64,000 bases of DNA from Bacteroidales bacterium UBA1176 (GCA_002311645.1 DBYW01000034.1:146996-210995); one strand, 5' to 3'; counted from the first letter of the stretch, positions 36,778 through 45,915 are shown. Notes: generated by a model from the sequence alone, not told the origin. Made by a program: numbers and translations.

Positions 36778-39700
36778 AAAAGACCATTATATTTCTTCTG
36801 TCCATAACGCCCGTTCTGCTTTTTGGACAAGCACATAGCTGGGACGGGAAAGGCATAAAATCAAATGGAAAAGCACATTATATCAATGTCTTCGTCAACA
36901 TCATTTACGACGTGCATCCCGACACCAACAACACCTATAACAACACCACTTACTGGCCGCCTGTGACAGACCCGGCCATGGAAGGCATAAACACCACGGC
37001 TATTCCGACCTACCTTTTGGATTGGATGGACACTGTGTATGTGCCCGGGCAGATGCACGGCACCGTTACCAGGCTCTATGGGGAGTCTTCCTTTGACACC
37101 CTTCAGATTACGGGCGATTTTATGGTGATGAACATAAAGGAAAGCACGGTGCTGGACAAAGGATCCTTTAATTTTTTATACATGAGTGTTGAAAAGATGG
37201 ACGGTTTTGTGCTTGACTTGTTGGGACAGACCCCGTCCCTTTCCCTGTTTACGCATAGGCCCTTTTCCGATTTCGCATACAGGAATTACCTGATCAGGAA
37301 CATAACCAGAACATACGGGGGACTTAACCCAGGGAGTGGCAGTAGTCTTTTGGGAAACACTTTGCAGTGTGTGGGAGACGGAGACATCTCCACAAATCCG
37401 ACAGGCATTGTCACCCACGAGATCTCACACGGTCTCTTTGGCGACAACAGTTTTCACACTTCAGGCGGCAACCACCGATATGTAGACAATACAAAGATGG
37501 CCTTCCTGAACATCCAGGGCGGCTACGGGCTGATGGGAGCGGCCAACTCGGGCCTGGTGGGCTGCAACGGTTACGAGCGGTGGCGCATGCACTGGAAACA
37601 CCCAAAATCTGTCGACTACATCGCCGCTCGCGACGCCGCCAACACCCAGTCGGTGCCCTCCGACATCTCCATGGAGGACGGTGGCAAGACCTTCCTGCTG
37701 CGAGACTTCGTGACCTACGGCGATGCCGTCCGCATAAAACTGCCCTACAAGGACAGCGTTACCTCCTCCAACCAATATATCTGGTTGGAAAACCACCAGG
37801 TGGGGCTCAACGGCAAATTGGACTTCCTGCAATACTCCAACACCGAAAGCTGCCGCCCGCAAGGAGAATCCGGTATCTATGCATACTACCAGGTCGGTCG
37901 CGACATCTTGTCGGGGACAAGCGGCCAAGTATGGGACGGCTTCCACCGCGACAACCTGAAAGTCATCCCGGCGGAAGGGTACTACGACTACAAGGTGGTG
38001 CCCGACACATACAACATAGCGTGTGTGGCATACAGCCAACTCGAGCAGGCTGTGGTGCGCGGAGCGGCCAACCCGCTGTGCGGATGGAATGACCAGGAGA
38101 AGATGCTCTTTCCCGAAGATGGTGAAAATGTGCTGTATGTGACGCGCGAAGTGGAACCTTGTCGCATTGTCAAGAACGGCCAGAACAACGACAGCCTGTC
38201 CTTCCTCGGCGACACCCGCGACCCGTTCCGCACGCACACTCGCATCAACATGGGGACCAACCCCAGCACCAACAACGCCAAGACATGCCACAGCAGAAAT
38301 CGCTCGGATGGGATTATTCACGATGAAGTTTCAGAAAATAATGTACAGGTTTCTTATCTCACGGGGTTGGGCATCGAGATGACCCCCGTTGCCGGCACGG
38401 GGAACTTTCTCGTCAGCATACGCTGGGACGACTACGACATCACCGACGACTGCCGCTGGACGGGCGACATCGTCCTAAAGGACACGGCCATCCTCACGAT
38501 GGGGAAAACCATCACCCTGGCCCAGAACCGCACGGTGGCGCAGACCACGCGCGATGCGGAGACGGGCCTCTTCGCGGGCCGCACCCGCTGGACCTGCGAG
38601 GCCGGCTCCTACCTGCGGCAGGAAAATGTCTCCACCATCCGCCTCACCGAGGGCAGCAGCCTCGTGTTCGAGAGCGGGAGCCGCTTTGTCCAAGCCTTTG
38701 ACGCAAGCATGGAGGTGGGCGCAGGCTGCACGCTCCGCTTCGTGGATGATGCGGATGTCATGCTGCGGGGCATCCTCGAGGTGGATTCCGGCGGCGTCTG
38801 CTACATGACCGACACGATAGGCATGGGAGCCACCGCCCGCATCATCGTCCGTCCCGGCGGCAAGCTCGTTGTGGACGGCGGCATGTTGACCAGTGTCGAC
38901 AGTGGCGGGATGTGGCAGGGCGTCGAGGTCTGGGGCCACCGCAACCGGCACCAGACCGCAGCCGATCAGGGAACATTGGAACTCAGAAACGGGGCCGTGA
39001 TCGAGAACGCGCTGTGCGGCGTCAGGACGGGTCGCGGCAGCGACAGCCTGCACACCACCGGCGGCATCGTCACCGCCGAGAACAGCACCTTCCGCAACTG
39101 CGCCAAGGCCGTGGAGTTCCTCCCTTACACCGACACCATAGCCAACGGCCTCATCGCCAGCAACCACGGCGGCTTCACGAACTGCACCTTCACGGTGGAC
39201 GACAACAACCTCTTCGCCGCCGGCAACGCCTCCTTCACCGCCCACGCCACCCTCTGCCAGGTCAAGGGCGTGGAGTTTCTCGGCTGCACCTTCCTGAACC
39301 TCACCTCCAGTCCCCTCTACCGGGGTCGCGCCATCTACGCGCAGGAGGCGGGCTTCACGGTGGACGAATACTGCGACTACCAGCAGCTGCCGCCCGCGCA
39401 GCCCGGTGTCTGCGGCTGCCCGCCGGAGTATTCCGACTCCTGCCTCTTCGAGGGCTTTGCCACTGCCATCGATGCCGGCACCGCCGGCACGCCCTTCGCC
39501 GTCACCGTGAACCGTGCAAGGTTCGCCAACAACAGCACTTCCGTGCGCATCAACGCCAACAACTTCGCCACCGTCACCGAGTGCGACTTTGACCTGACGG
39601 ACTGTGAGCCCTTCGGCAGACTGGCCTGCGGCCTCAACTTGGACAACTGCACCGGCTACAAGGTGGAGGGCAACGCCTTCTACCGCGACAGCTACCCGAA

Positions 39701-40271
39701 TCCTGTTTTCTGCACGGACAACCATACAGGCGTGCAGGTCACGGCTTCGGGAAGCGCCGCCAACAGCATCTACCGCAACGGGTTCACCAATCTCACCAAG
39801 GGCATCGCGGTGTCGGGCTCGAACGGCGGGCTCCAGATCGGGTGCAACGGGTTCACCAACAACAGCTACGACATACACATCCCGGCAGGCGCCTCCGTCG
39901 CCATGAGCCAGGGAACCCTCTCCGCCGGGGCCGACAACGTCTTTGAACAGACACGGGTGAGCAGCATATACAATGCAAGTGGGCAGAAACTCATCTACCG
40001 CTACAGTGCGGGCAACGGGCACGCGCCCTACAGCCCGTACAATGTGATGCCTGACGCCACCGCGACAGCCAACGACTGTGCCTCCACACTGTGCGGGGTT
40101 TTCCCGCCGCCACCCGTCAACCTGGCTTCCTTCCCCACCATTCCGTCGCCTCCGGCGGCGGAACCCCCAGCAAGCACCGACGGGCTTGCGTCAACGGAAC
40201 CCCCAAACAACAACAGCCGATTTCTCCGATTATGTCCTTTTCCACAACCTGAAGCGGTCGTTGCGGGATGA
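36774..40271 (+). CDS. Secreted HExxH zinc-metalloprotease-like (M6-like) plus beta-helix protein; 5' part of a frameshifted gene
   Basis: Signal peptide; THEISH zinc motif, YGLMG Met-turn-like motif and ERWRMHW; Asn-rich beta-helix repeats. The frame ends in a repeat-derived Pro-rich tail without a CTD. Confidence 0.75.
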   Translation: MKKTIIFLLSITPVLLFGQAHSWDGKGIKSNGKAHYINVFVNIIYDVHPDTNNTYNNTTYWPPVTDPAMEGINTTAIPTYLLDWMDTVYVPGQMHGTVTRLYGESSFDTLQITGDFMVMNIKESTVLDKGSFNFLYMSVEKMDGFVLDLLGQTPSLSLFTHRPFSDFAYRNYLIRNITRTYGGLNPGSGSSLLGNTLQCVGDGDISTNPTGIVTHEISHGLFGDNSFHTSGGNHRYVDNTKMAFLNIQGGYGLMGAANSGLVGCNGYERWRMHWKHPKSVDYIAARDAANTQSVPSDISMEDGGKTFLLRDFVTYGDAVRIKLPYKDSVTSSNQYIWLENHQVGLNGKLDFLQYSNTESCRPQGESGIYAYYQVGRDILSGTSGQVWDGFHRDNLKVIPAEGYYDYKVVPDTYNIACVAYSQLEQAVVRGAANPLCGWNDQEKMLFPEDGENVLYVTREVEPCRIVKNGQNNDSLSFLGDTRDPFRTHTRINMGTNPSTNNAKTCHSRNRSDGIIHDEVSENNVQVSYLTGLGIEMTPVAGTGNFLVSIRWDDYDITDDCRWTGDIVLKDTAILTMGKTITLAQNRTVAQTTRDAETGLFAGRTRWTCEAGSYLRQENVSTIRLTEGSSLVFESGSRFVQAFDASMEVGAGCTLRFVDDADVMLRGILEVDSGGVCYMTDTIGMGATARIIVRPGGKLVVDGGMLTSVDSGGMWQGVEVWGHRNRHQTAADQGTLELRNGAVIENALCGVRTGRGSDSLHTTGGIVTAENSTFRNCAKAVEFLPYTDTIANGLIASNHGGFTNCTFTVDDNNLFAAGNASFTAHATLCQVKGVEFLGCTFLNLTSSPLYRGRAIYAQEAGFTVDEYCDYQQLPPAQPGVCGCPPEYSDSCLFEGFATAIDAGTAGTPFAVTVNRARFANNSTSVRINANNFATVTECDFDLTDCEPFGRLACGLNLDNCTGYKVEGNAFYRDSYPNPVFCTDNHTGVQVTASGSAANSIYRNGFTNLTKGIAVSGSNGGLQIGCNGFTNNSYDIHIPAGASVAMSQGTLSAGADNVFEQTRVSSIYNASGQKLIYRYSAGNGHAPYSPYNVMPDATATANDCASTLCGVFPPPPVNLASFPTIPSPPAAEPPASTDGLASTEPPNNNSRFLRLCPFPQPEAVVAG

Positions 40272-41322
40272 TGACGGCAACACCATTGACTGGTATGCGC
40301 TCGCCCCCGCGCAGATCGCGCAGTTGCAGGATATTGCCGAAAATGGCACGGGCCGTGCCGCCGTGATGGCCCGCAGCGCGCTCTGCTTCTTCTTCGGCAT
40401 CTGTTTGGACGATGACAATCAGCCCGTCGCCGACCTCCGCCGCGCCGGTGCCAAGGACGGGGAGGGCTACATGCCGATTCTGATCGAGGATTCCCTTTCA
40501 TTCAGTATCACCTTTGGTCCAATATATGTTAAGGAACACGACCCACTGTTAACAGGAACTCAATCCTCTTTTTTTGTCAGTTGCGTCTCTGACACGGCTG
40601 TTTTCAACAATAGGGAATACAGGACTTTTAGCGTGATTCCGGACGGAGAATTCCACGATGCTGGTCACAAGATGTATTTGAGGGAGGACACGACAACGGG
40701 ACAATTGTTCCGGTATTACCCTGAATATGATGCAGAAGTTATAACCTGCGACTTATCGTTGCAACCCGGTGACACCTTCTGTCTTCCTACAGGCAATTAT
40801 CCTTGCTGGATAGTGGATTCCGTCACCTACGAAGAGGGCAGAAAAATAGTGTGGTTTCCTCCTGTGGAATTATGCACGATGTCGCCGGAATATTACAATT
40901 TTCGCACCTGTTTTATAGAAGGGGTCGGACCAACCTTCGGACCGTTTGGACTCGTTGACCATCATGTTGTCAGCAATATTCTCGGCCTGTTGTTATGTGT
41001 TCACCATAACGACTCGCTCATCTATATGGCTGATACGGTGATGGGTTGTGAACAATATGCCGCCTCCATTCCTGGTTACCCGAATGTGTCCATGAAACTC
41101 TACCCCAACCCCACCGGCGACATCCTGCATGTGGAGTTCGAGGGAATTGACGACCCGCAGGGTCTCCTGACCATCACCGATCTCGCCGGCGTGGTGGTGC
41201 TCACGCGAGAGTGCCACGACCCTGTCATCCGTCTCAACGTGTCACACCTCGCCCCCGGACTCTATGTGGTCGGCTTCAGGAATGAGAAAGGTGTGGTGGT
41301 GAGGAAGTTTGTAAAGATGTAA
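40078..41322 (+). CDS. 3' part (+1 frame) of the frameshifted gene: helical linker, domain paralogous to 35797-36777, T9SS CTD
   Basis: No signal peptide; plausible coding starts near 40210. LREDTTTG...CDLSLQPGDTF...FIEGVG domain; CTD LYPNP...LAPGLY...RKFVK. Confidence 0.7.
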   Translation: MPPHCAGFSRRHPSTWLPSPPFRRLRRRNPQQAPTGLRQRNPQTTTADFSDYVLFHNLKRSLRDDDGNTIDWYALAPAQIAQLQDIAENGTGRAAVMARSALCFFFGICLDDDNQPVADLRRAGAKDGEGYMPILIEDSLSFSITFGPIYVKEHDPLLTGTQSSFFVSCVSDTAVFNNREYRTFSVIPDGEFHDAGHKMYLREDTTTGQLFRYYPEYDAEVITCDLSLQPGDTFCLPTGNYPCWIVDSVTYEEGRKIVWFPPVELCTMSPEYYNFRTCFIEGVGPTFGPFGLVDHHVVSNILGLLLCVHHNDSLIYMADTVMGCEQYAASIPGYPNVSMKLYPNPTGDILHVEFEGIDDPQGLLTITDLAGVVVLTRECHDPVIRLNVSHLAPGLYVVGFRNEKGVVVRKFVKM

Positions 41323-41440
41323 GATTTTTTTCACCATAAACATTTTTAACATCCAAGGCAGTAGCATGTTTGAAAAAAACTTTATCTTTGCCCCATATAA
41401 AATATTAAGAGTCATATACTAAAAGAGGTCTGATAAACAA

Positions 41441-42358
41441 ATGAGTAGAATAATTATTTTTTTAATGTTAATGTCTCTGGGATTGGGAGCACTTGCCCAG
41501 TACCCATTTATCCGCATAGCCGATGTGGAGGTGACGCCTGACAATCAGGACAACATCACCAGCGACTATATCTCAGGGACTGTCCGCTACGACTCCACAA
41601 CGCGCACGCTCACGCTGCAAAACGTTTACATCAGCGAATATGTATCACCCCCCGATTACATTGATGGTGGACGCTCAATATATATAGGTGGCAGAAGCCA
41701 AAACGTCACCATTGAGTTGATAGGTAACAATGTGGTTTTTGGGATGATTCCTATTTGCTTTCTGGATGGATCGCTTGAGATCAAAGGACCGGGTTCTTTG
41801 ATTCTCAATGGACGTTGGATGGGGATACATGGCGATTTAGGCACCACCTCTATCAGAATATGCCAAGATGCTGACATCAGAATATTTATGAATCCCCAAT
41901 ATTCAGCCGGAATTGTGGGTTCAACATACGGGGGAAACAGCACAACGCTGGTTATAGACAATAGCAGCCTTGCAGTCACTGCCAGCAGGTGCGTTGGTAA
42001 TATTTCAGTATTCCAACTGACAGAAAGCCATATCGCCATCCCAGAAGGAGCGTATTTCAACCCTGACAGTCTGTCCATAGTGACAGCGGGCGGGGGAATT
42101 GTGAGAAATTATTTGGAAATCAGGCCCGGAAACGTATGCGTTCCGGAAAACAAGAATCCCAATCTTACCGTTTTGAATGCACCCGGCGGATTATATATAA
42201 CTGTAATTTCGGATGTCAGCAATGTTGATGTGGTGAATATGTTAGGCCAAACAATTTATTGTGGAAGATTGTCCTCCGGCAAACATTTCATCCCATTGCA
42301 AAAGGGTTTTTATGTTGTTCATGCGGATAACCATGTCACAAAAGCAGTAGTAAAATAA
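41441..42358 (+). CDS. Secreted beta-rich protein with CTD-like C-terminus
   Basis: Signal peptide; GTVRYDSTTRTLTLQN and GSLEIKGPGSL beta-solenoid motifs; C-terminal VNMLGQ...KGFYVV...KAVVK. Confidence 0.75.
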   Translation: MSRIIIFLMLMSLGLGALAQYPFIRIADVEVTPDNQDNITSDYISGTVRYDSTTRTLTLQNVYISEYVSPPDYIDGGRSIYIGGRSQNVTIELIGNNVVFGMIPICFLDGSLEIKGPGSLILNGRWMGIHGDLGTTSIRICQDADIRIFMNPQYSAGIVGSTYGGNSTTLVIDNSSLAVTASRCVGNISVFQLTESHIAIPEGAYFNPDSLSIVTAGGGIVRNYLEIRPGNVCVPENKNPNLTVLNAPGGLYITVISDVSNVDVVNMLGQTIYCGRLSSGKHFIPLQKGFYVVHADNHVTKAVVK

Positions 42359-42503
42359 ATCGTTACACATTTCTTTATGCATGAATAGAATACTTTTCTT
42401 CATAGGTTTAATAGCGTTGGGTTAGAAACTTAAAAAAAGACAAAGTTATGAAAACACTTATCCAAAATAACATAAAATCCTGCGTGTGGCTTGTTCTGGT
42501 GCA

Positions 42504-42536
42504 AAGAAGGGGTTAGTTCATCACTAACCCCTTCTT
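42504..42536. terminator. Hairpin between convergent genes (likely bidirectional terminator)
   Basis: AAGAAGGGGTTAGT-TCATC-ACTAACCCCTTCTT, a perfect 14-bp stem. Confidence 0.7.
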
Positions 42537-42554
42537 ACTGATCACTATTTCTGA

Positions 42555-43844
42555 TCATTTCTCCTGCGCTTTCCGTAATTTCACAGTGGCGTACATCGTG
42601 ACGGCCAGAATGATGAAGAGGCCGAGACTGCCCGCCAGGAGCGCGTAGCTTTCCAGTTGCAACAGCACATAAATGAATATGTAGAGCAAGGTCAGCAACC
42701 CGCCGACCACCAATGCTGTTTTCTTGTCTTTCAGAATGGCAGCCATAAAGGCTGTGATCAGTCCGATGGTCATCAACGCGGCGATGGCGTAGGAGAGGGC
42801 GAACGCCAAATGCTCCGAGAAGGAGAGCAACAGGGTGTAGAACAGCAGCAAGGCAATGCCAATGAGGATGTACTGCACGATGTGGATGTTGGTCTTACGG
42901 CGGATTTCCACAAAGAAGACCACGGCGAAGGTGAGCACAATGATGAGAATGGCGTATTTCACCGTGCGGGTGGTCTGCTGATACTGGTCCACCGGAATAC
43001 AGAGATTGACACCTAACTCTGATCTATTCATCATATATTCCCAGTTGGTGCTGTTGGTGGCAATTTGTCCGTAGTCGCGGTTGAGGGCCATCACCTTCCA
43101 GTCGGCCTTAAAGCCGTTGTCGTTGATTTCGCGATGGATGGGCAAAAAATTTCCTTGGAAGCTGGGGTCGCCCCAGTCGGAAGTGAGCGACACGGAGGTG
43201 GCATTGCCCACCGGCGCCAAGAAGAGCCCGTCGATGCCCTTGATGGGAAGGGTGATTTCGAAAAGCACCGTGTCGCCACCGAGCAGCGACGCCAGATCGA
43301 AGGCACACACCAGTCCGCTGTTGGAGGGCGCATCGGAAATGGAGGAGGCGGGCTCCACCTCGCACGCGACACCGTTCAGCAACACTGTGACATTTTCCGA
43401 AAGCCCCCGCAAGTCCTCCAATCCGATGAACAGGAAGGCCTTGTCGCTCGATTTTTTTGATATCTCCCTTGTAAGAAGCTCTTTAGGGCACTTGAATATG
43501 CCCGACATCTTGACAGGGGCGTTATAAACGCTGAAGTCGAAGATGCCGCGCTTGAGGGTCTGTGTCTGGACGTTGCCCGTGACATCCAACGATTCAGGGA
43601 AAAGGTAGAGGGTCTCCTTCCCGCCGGGTATGACCACCGCCGGACCGCCAACGTGCTGGTCCATACCCCAGCTTTTGGCCAGTTCCCTTTTGGCATCGCC
43701 ACGGGTGCTCTGCCGTTCGGAGATAAGGTTCATGATGAGAAACTGCGGGATAAGCAGCAATACGCTGATGCCGACGATGATCAAGAGCTTCAAACTGAGA
43801 CGTTTGTTTTCACTCATGGCGGGTTTTGTGTTGATTACTTCCAT
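42555..43844 (-). CDS. creD: Inner membrane protein CreD
   Basis: LISERQ, LKRGIF, SDWGDPSFQGNFLP, YQQTTRTVKY, HIVQYILIG and LLLSFSEH motifs. Confidence 0.93.
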   Translation of the reverse strand: MEVINTKPAMSENKRLSLKLLIIVGISVLLLIPQFLIMNLISERQSTRGDAKRELAKSWGMDQHVGGPAVVIPGGKETLYLFPESLDVTGNVQTQTLKRGIFDFSVYNAPVKMSGIFKCPKELLTREISKKSSDKAFLFIGLEDLRGLSENVTVLLNGVACEVEPASSISDAPSNSGLVCAFDLASLLGGDTVLFEITLPIKGIDGLFLAPVGNATSVSLTSDWGDPSFQGNFLPIHREINDNGFKADWKVMALNRDYGQIATNSTNWEYMMNRSELGVNLCIPVDQYQQTTRTVKYAILIIVLTFAVVFFVEIRRKTNIHIVQYILIGIALLLFYTLLLSFSEHLAFALSYAIAALMTIGLITAFMAAILKDKKTALVVGGLLTLLYIFIYVLLQLESYALLAGSLGLFIILAVTMYATVKLRKAQEK

Positions 43845-43898
43845 AATAATGTGTTTTTTAAAAGGTTTGTGATAAGGTTATTTGTCTATTGATAAAGT

Positions 43899-43915
43899 AC
43901 TTTGTTTTATAAAGT
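43899..43915. promoter_or_regulatory. Putative operator ACTTTG-N5-(T)AAAGT upstream of creD
   Basis: ACTTTGTTTTATAAAGT; second copy at 44884-44900; both are preceded by AAAGT. Confidence 0.55.
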
Positions 43916-43936
43916 GCATAAGGCAAAAAAAAGAGG

Positions 43937-44236
43937 TCAGGCGTTGTTTTTCAGGAAAGATGCCAAGGCAGCCACATGTGCCGTAAAGGCTTCCCTACCC
44001 TTTTCGGTCACGGAAAACGAGGTGTTGGGCTTGCGACCGATGAATCTTTTTTCGGATTGGATGTAACCCAGCTCCTCCAAGTTGCGGGTATGTCCGGCCA
44101 AATTGCCATCTGTAAGCTCGAGCAGGGATTTCAGGGTGTTGAAATCCGCCGACTCGTTGGCCATCAGGATGGACATGATACCGAGACGCGCCTTGCTTTC
44201 GAAGGCCTTGTTAAAACCGTTAAGATCTGTAATCAC
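43937..44236 (-). CDS. Winged-HTH transcriptional regulator (ArsR/MarR-like)
   Basis: FESKARLGIMSIL...DFNTLK.LLELTDGNLAGH...GRKPNT...GREAF. Confidence 0.9.
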   Translation of the reverse strand: MITDLNGFNKAFESKARLGIMSILMANESADFNTLKSLLELTDGNLAGHTRNLEELGYIQSEKRFIGRKPNTSFSVTEKGREAFTAHVAALASFLKNNA

Positions 44237-44871
44237 TTGATTCTATCGTATTTGAGAGAGTACAAGATACCAAAGAGAATATGAAAGACACCGAATCCCA
44301 AAAACCAGAACAGGAGGCCGTGGTGAATGGAGAAGCAGTCGATGAGGCCGAGCACAATTTCGCCATATCCAAGGAAGCGCAGAGCGGGATAGGTGTAATG
44401 CTGACAGTTGACAAGAGCCAAGCCATAGAACAACAGCATGATGGATGAAGTGAGCCCATAGTGTCCCTGGATAATGAGCGCGATGCAAAGCAGGGCTCCA
44501 ATACCCAACGGCAAAAGGAAATTGAACGCCATCTGTAGCATGCGCTTGTCCACGACAAAGCGTAGGTGGTGACGCTTCGCCTTAAGGTACGACATCAGGG
44601 TGACTGTAAGGAAGGAGAGCAGGAACAGAGCGACTGCCAACAGGACGGCCCAGCGGATGCGGGAGGGGGTGTTCAAGCGAATCTCGTCGACTTTCGGGAG
44701 AAAAGGAAGCCAATCGTTCAATCCGAGAAGGTAGCCTGTCACCACAGAAGCGATGCAGGCATAGATGCCCACAACGATAATGGAGATACCGCTAACAGCT
44801 TGAAAACGAGATGATTTCTCCATCATCCGTTTGATTTCCCCTAACACTTCAAAAGCTTCGTTATCTTTCAT
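44233..44871 (-). CDS. Membrane protein co-transcribed with the HTH regulator and creD
   Basis: IKRMMEKSSRF N-terminus, about 6 TM segments, FYGLALVN and GFGVFHILFG; overlaps the regulator start. Confidence 0.85.
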   Translation of the reverse strand: MKDNEAFEVLGEIKRMMEKSSRFQAVSGISIIVVGIYACIASVVTGYLLGLNDWLPFLPKVDEIRLNTPSRIRWAVLLAVALFLLSFLTVTLMSYLKAKRHHLRFVVDKRMLQMAFNFLLPLGIGALLCIALIIQGHYGLTSSIMLLFYGLALVNCQHYTYPALRFLGYGEIVLGLIDCFSIHHGLLFWFLGFGVFHILFGILYSLKYDRIK

Positions 44872-44883
44872 AATTTAAAAAGT

Positions 44884-44900
44884 ACTTTGCGCTGCAAAGT
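44884..44900. promoter_or_regulatory. Putative operator ACTTTG-N5-CAAAGT at the operon start
   Basis: ACTTTGCGCTGCAAAGT with perfect 6-bp arms, about 12 bp upstream of the start codon. Confidence 0.6.
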
Positions 44901-44944
44901 AACAAAAAAAATTTCAATTATGCAATAGTAGAAAATATAGTTTT

Positions 44945-45113
44945 TGGTCGTTGGCTGTTGGCTGTTGGAACTTTGAACTATGGCTATGACAGTTGGACAT
45001 TGAAACTTGAAACCTGAAACTTGAAACCTGAAACTTTGGACTATGACTATGAACTATAAGGTTGTTGGCTGTTGGCCGTTGATAATTAAGAAATTAAGGA
45101 GTTGAGAAATTAA
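44945..45113. repeat. Mixed short-unit tandem arrays (GTTGGCT, TGAAACT/C, CTATGA, TTAAGAAA)
   Basis: Visible directly; segment 45034-45113 recurs inverted at 56702-56790. Confidence 0.8.
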
Positions 45114-45115
45114 GA

Positions 45116-45287
45116 GTTACAGAGACGGGTGTTCCTTCGAAACACGTATGAATGGGCAATGACAATGTAATTGAACCGGCCTCGAAGAGGCCTTCCTTTT
45201 TGTAACACCACACGAAGCGTAGCAAGTGTGGTGACGGGATGCGCGGCAACCCCTGGGATGGGGACGGTGCGCGGGGAAATCGCGGCG
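45116..45287. repeat. Structured dispersed element, copy 1
   Basis: About 170 bp, highly similar (inverted) to 56421-56593; hairpins GGCCTC-GAA-GAGGCC and CACCACAC...GTGTGGTG. Confidence 0.85.
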
Positions 45288-45353
45288 CGGGAGAACATTG
45301 ATACGAGATTGTGCTTTGTTCGCCGCGAAACGGGAGTAGCGTTCAACGAGCGT

Positions 45354-45594
45354 GCGTGAGGGATTGAAGCGGAAATGATTTTGGCGAGAATGGGTACCAT
45401 TGCCGGTCGGAGGTTCCGCTTGACGCTTCGCGTCTCGCGGAATGGTGGTGGGCATTAAGCCAAAATCATTGGAGCGGAAAGCCCGACGGCGCGGCGGCGG
45501 GAATATCTGGTTTTATGCGTGATTGTAGAGACGCAATGCATTGCGTCTCTACGGAGCGGACGTGAGTTTTTGCCGCCGCGCCGGCACGCCCAAA
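45354..45594 (-). ncRNA. Flavo-1-like RNA motif/repeat with two stems enlarged by nested insertions
   Basis: Minus strand TTTGGGCGTGCC-[stem]-GTCGGGCTTTCCGCTCCAA-[TGATTTTGGC...GCCAAAATCA]-TTTCCGCTTCAATCCCTCACGC. Matches my recollection of the Flavo-1 consensus; not verified with a covariance model. Confidence 0.55.
45525..45552. repeat. GTAG-type REP palindrome
   Basis: GTAGAGACGCAATGCATTGCGTCTCTAC, a perfect palindrome. Confidence 0.85.
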
Positions 45595-45680
45595 TAAAAA
45601 AAATGATGCAGAAGCCCTAATCTGTGCCATCAAGTTTATATTTTTCCCAAAAATTCATGGAGACACATTCACATTCCATC

Positions 45681-45915
45681 ATCCCCGTCAGGGGATTCAC
45701 ATCTGTAAAACAAGACACATGTCCAATCACACAATCCCCGTAGGGGATCCATATCTGTAGAAAAGGGATGCCATCCGTGACCCAAAATCCCCGTCAGGGG
45801 ATTCATATCCAACAGGTTACCAAAACATTATCGTATCCGTTATGCAACCCCTCACGGGGTTGTGGGACACAATGGAAACGCCATCTGCTACAGATATGAA
45901 AGCCCTGACGGGCTT
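45681..45915. repeat. REP/REPIN-like cluster: 3 direct plus 2 inverted hairpin units
   Basis: ATCCCCGT(C)AGGGGAT-TCATATCTGTAG-like units at 45681, 45734 and 45787 (53-bp period); reverse units at 45841 and 45888. Confidence 0.8.

Noticed and set aside
45110-45455. Small ORFs in repeat regions (also 2875-3102, 35506-35727 as a whole, 56347-56615)
   Set aside because: Their similarity to each other comes from non-coding repeats, and the frames are not preserved between copies.
45681-45915. CRISPR array
   Set aside because: The repeats are degenerate, two are inverted, the spacers are short, and there are no cas genes or leader.
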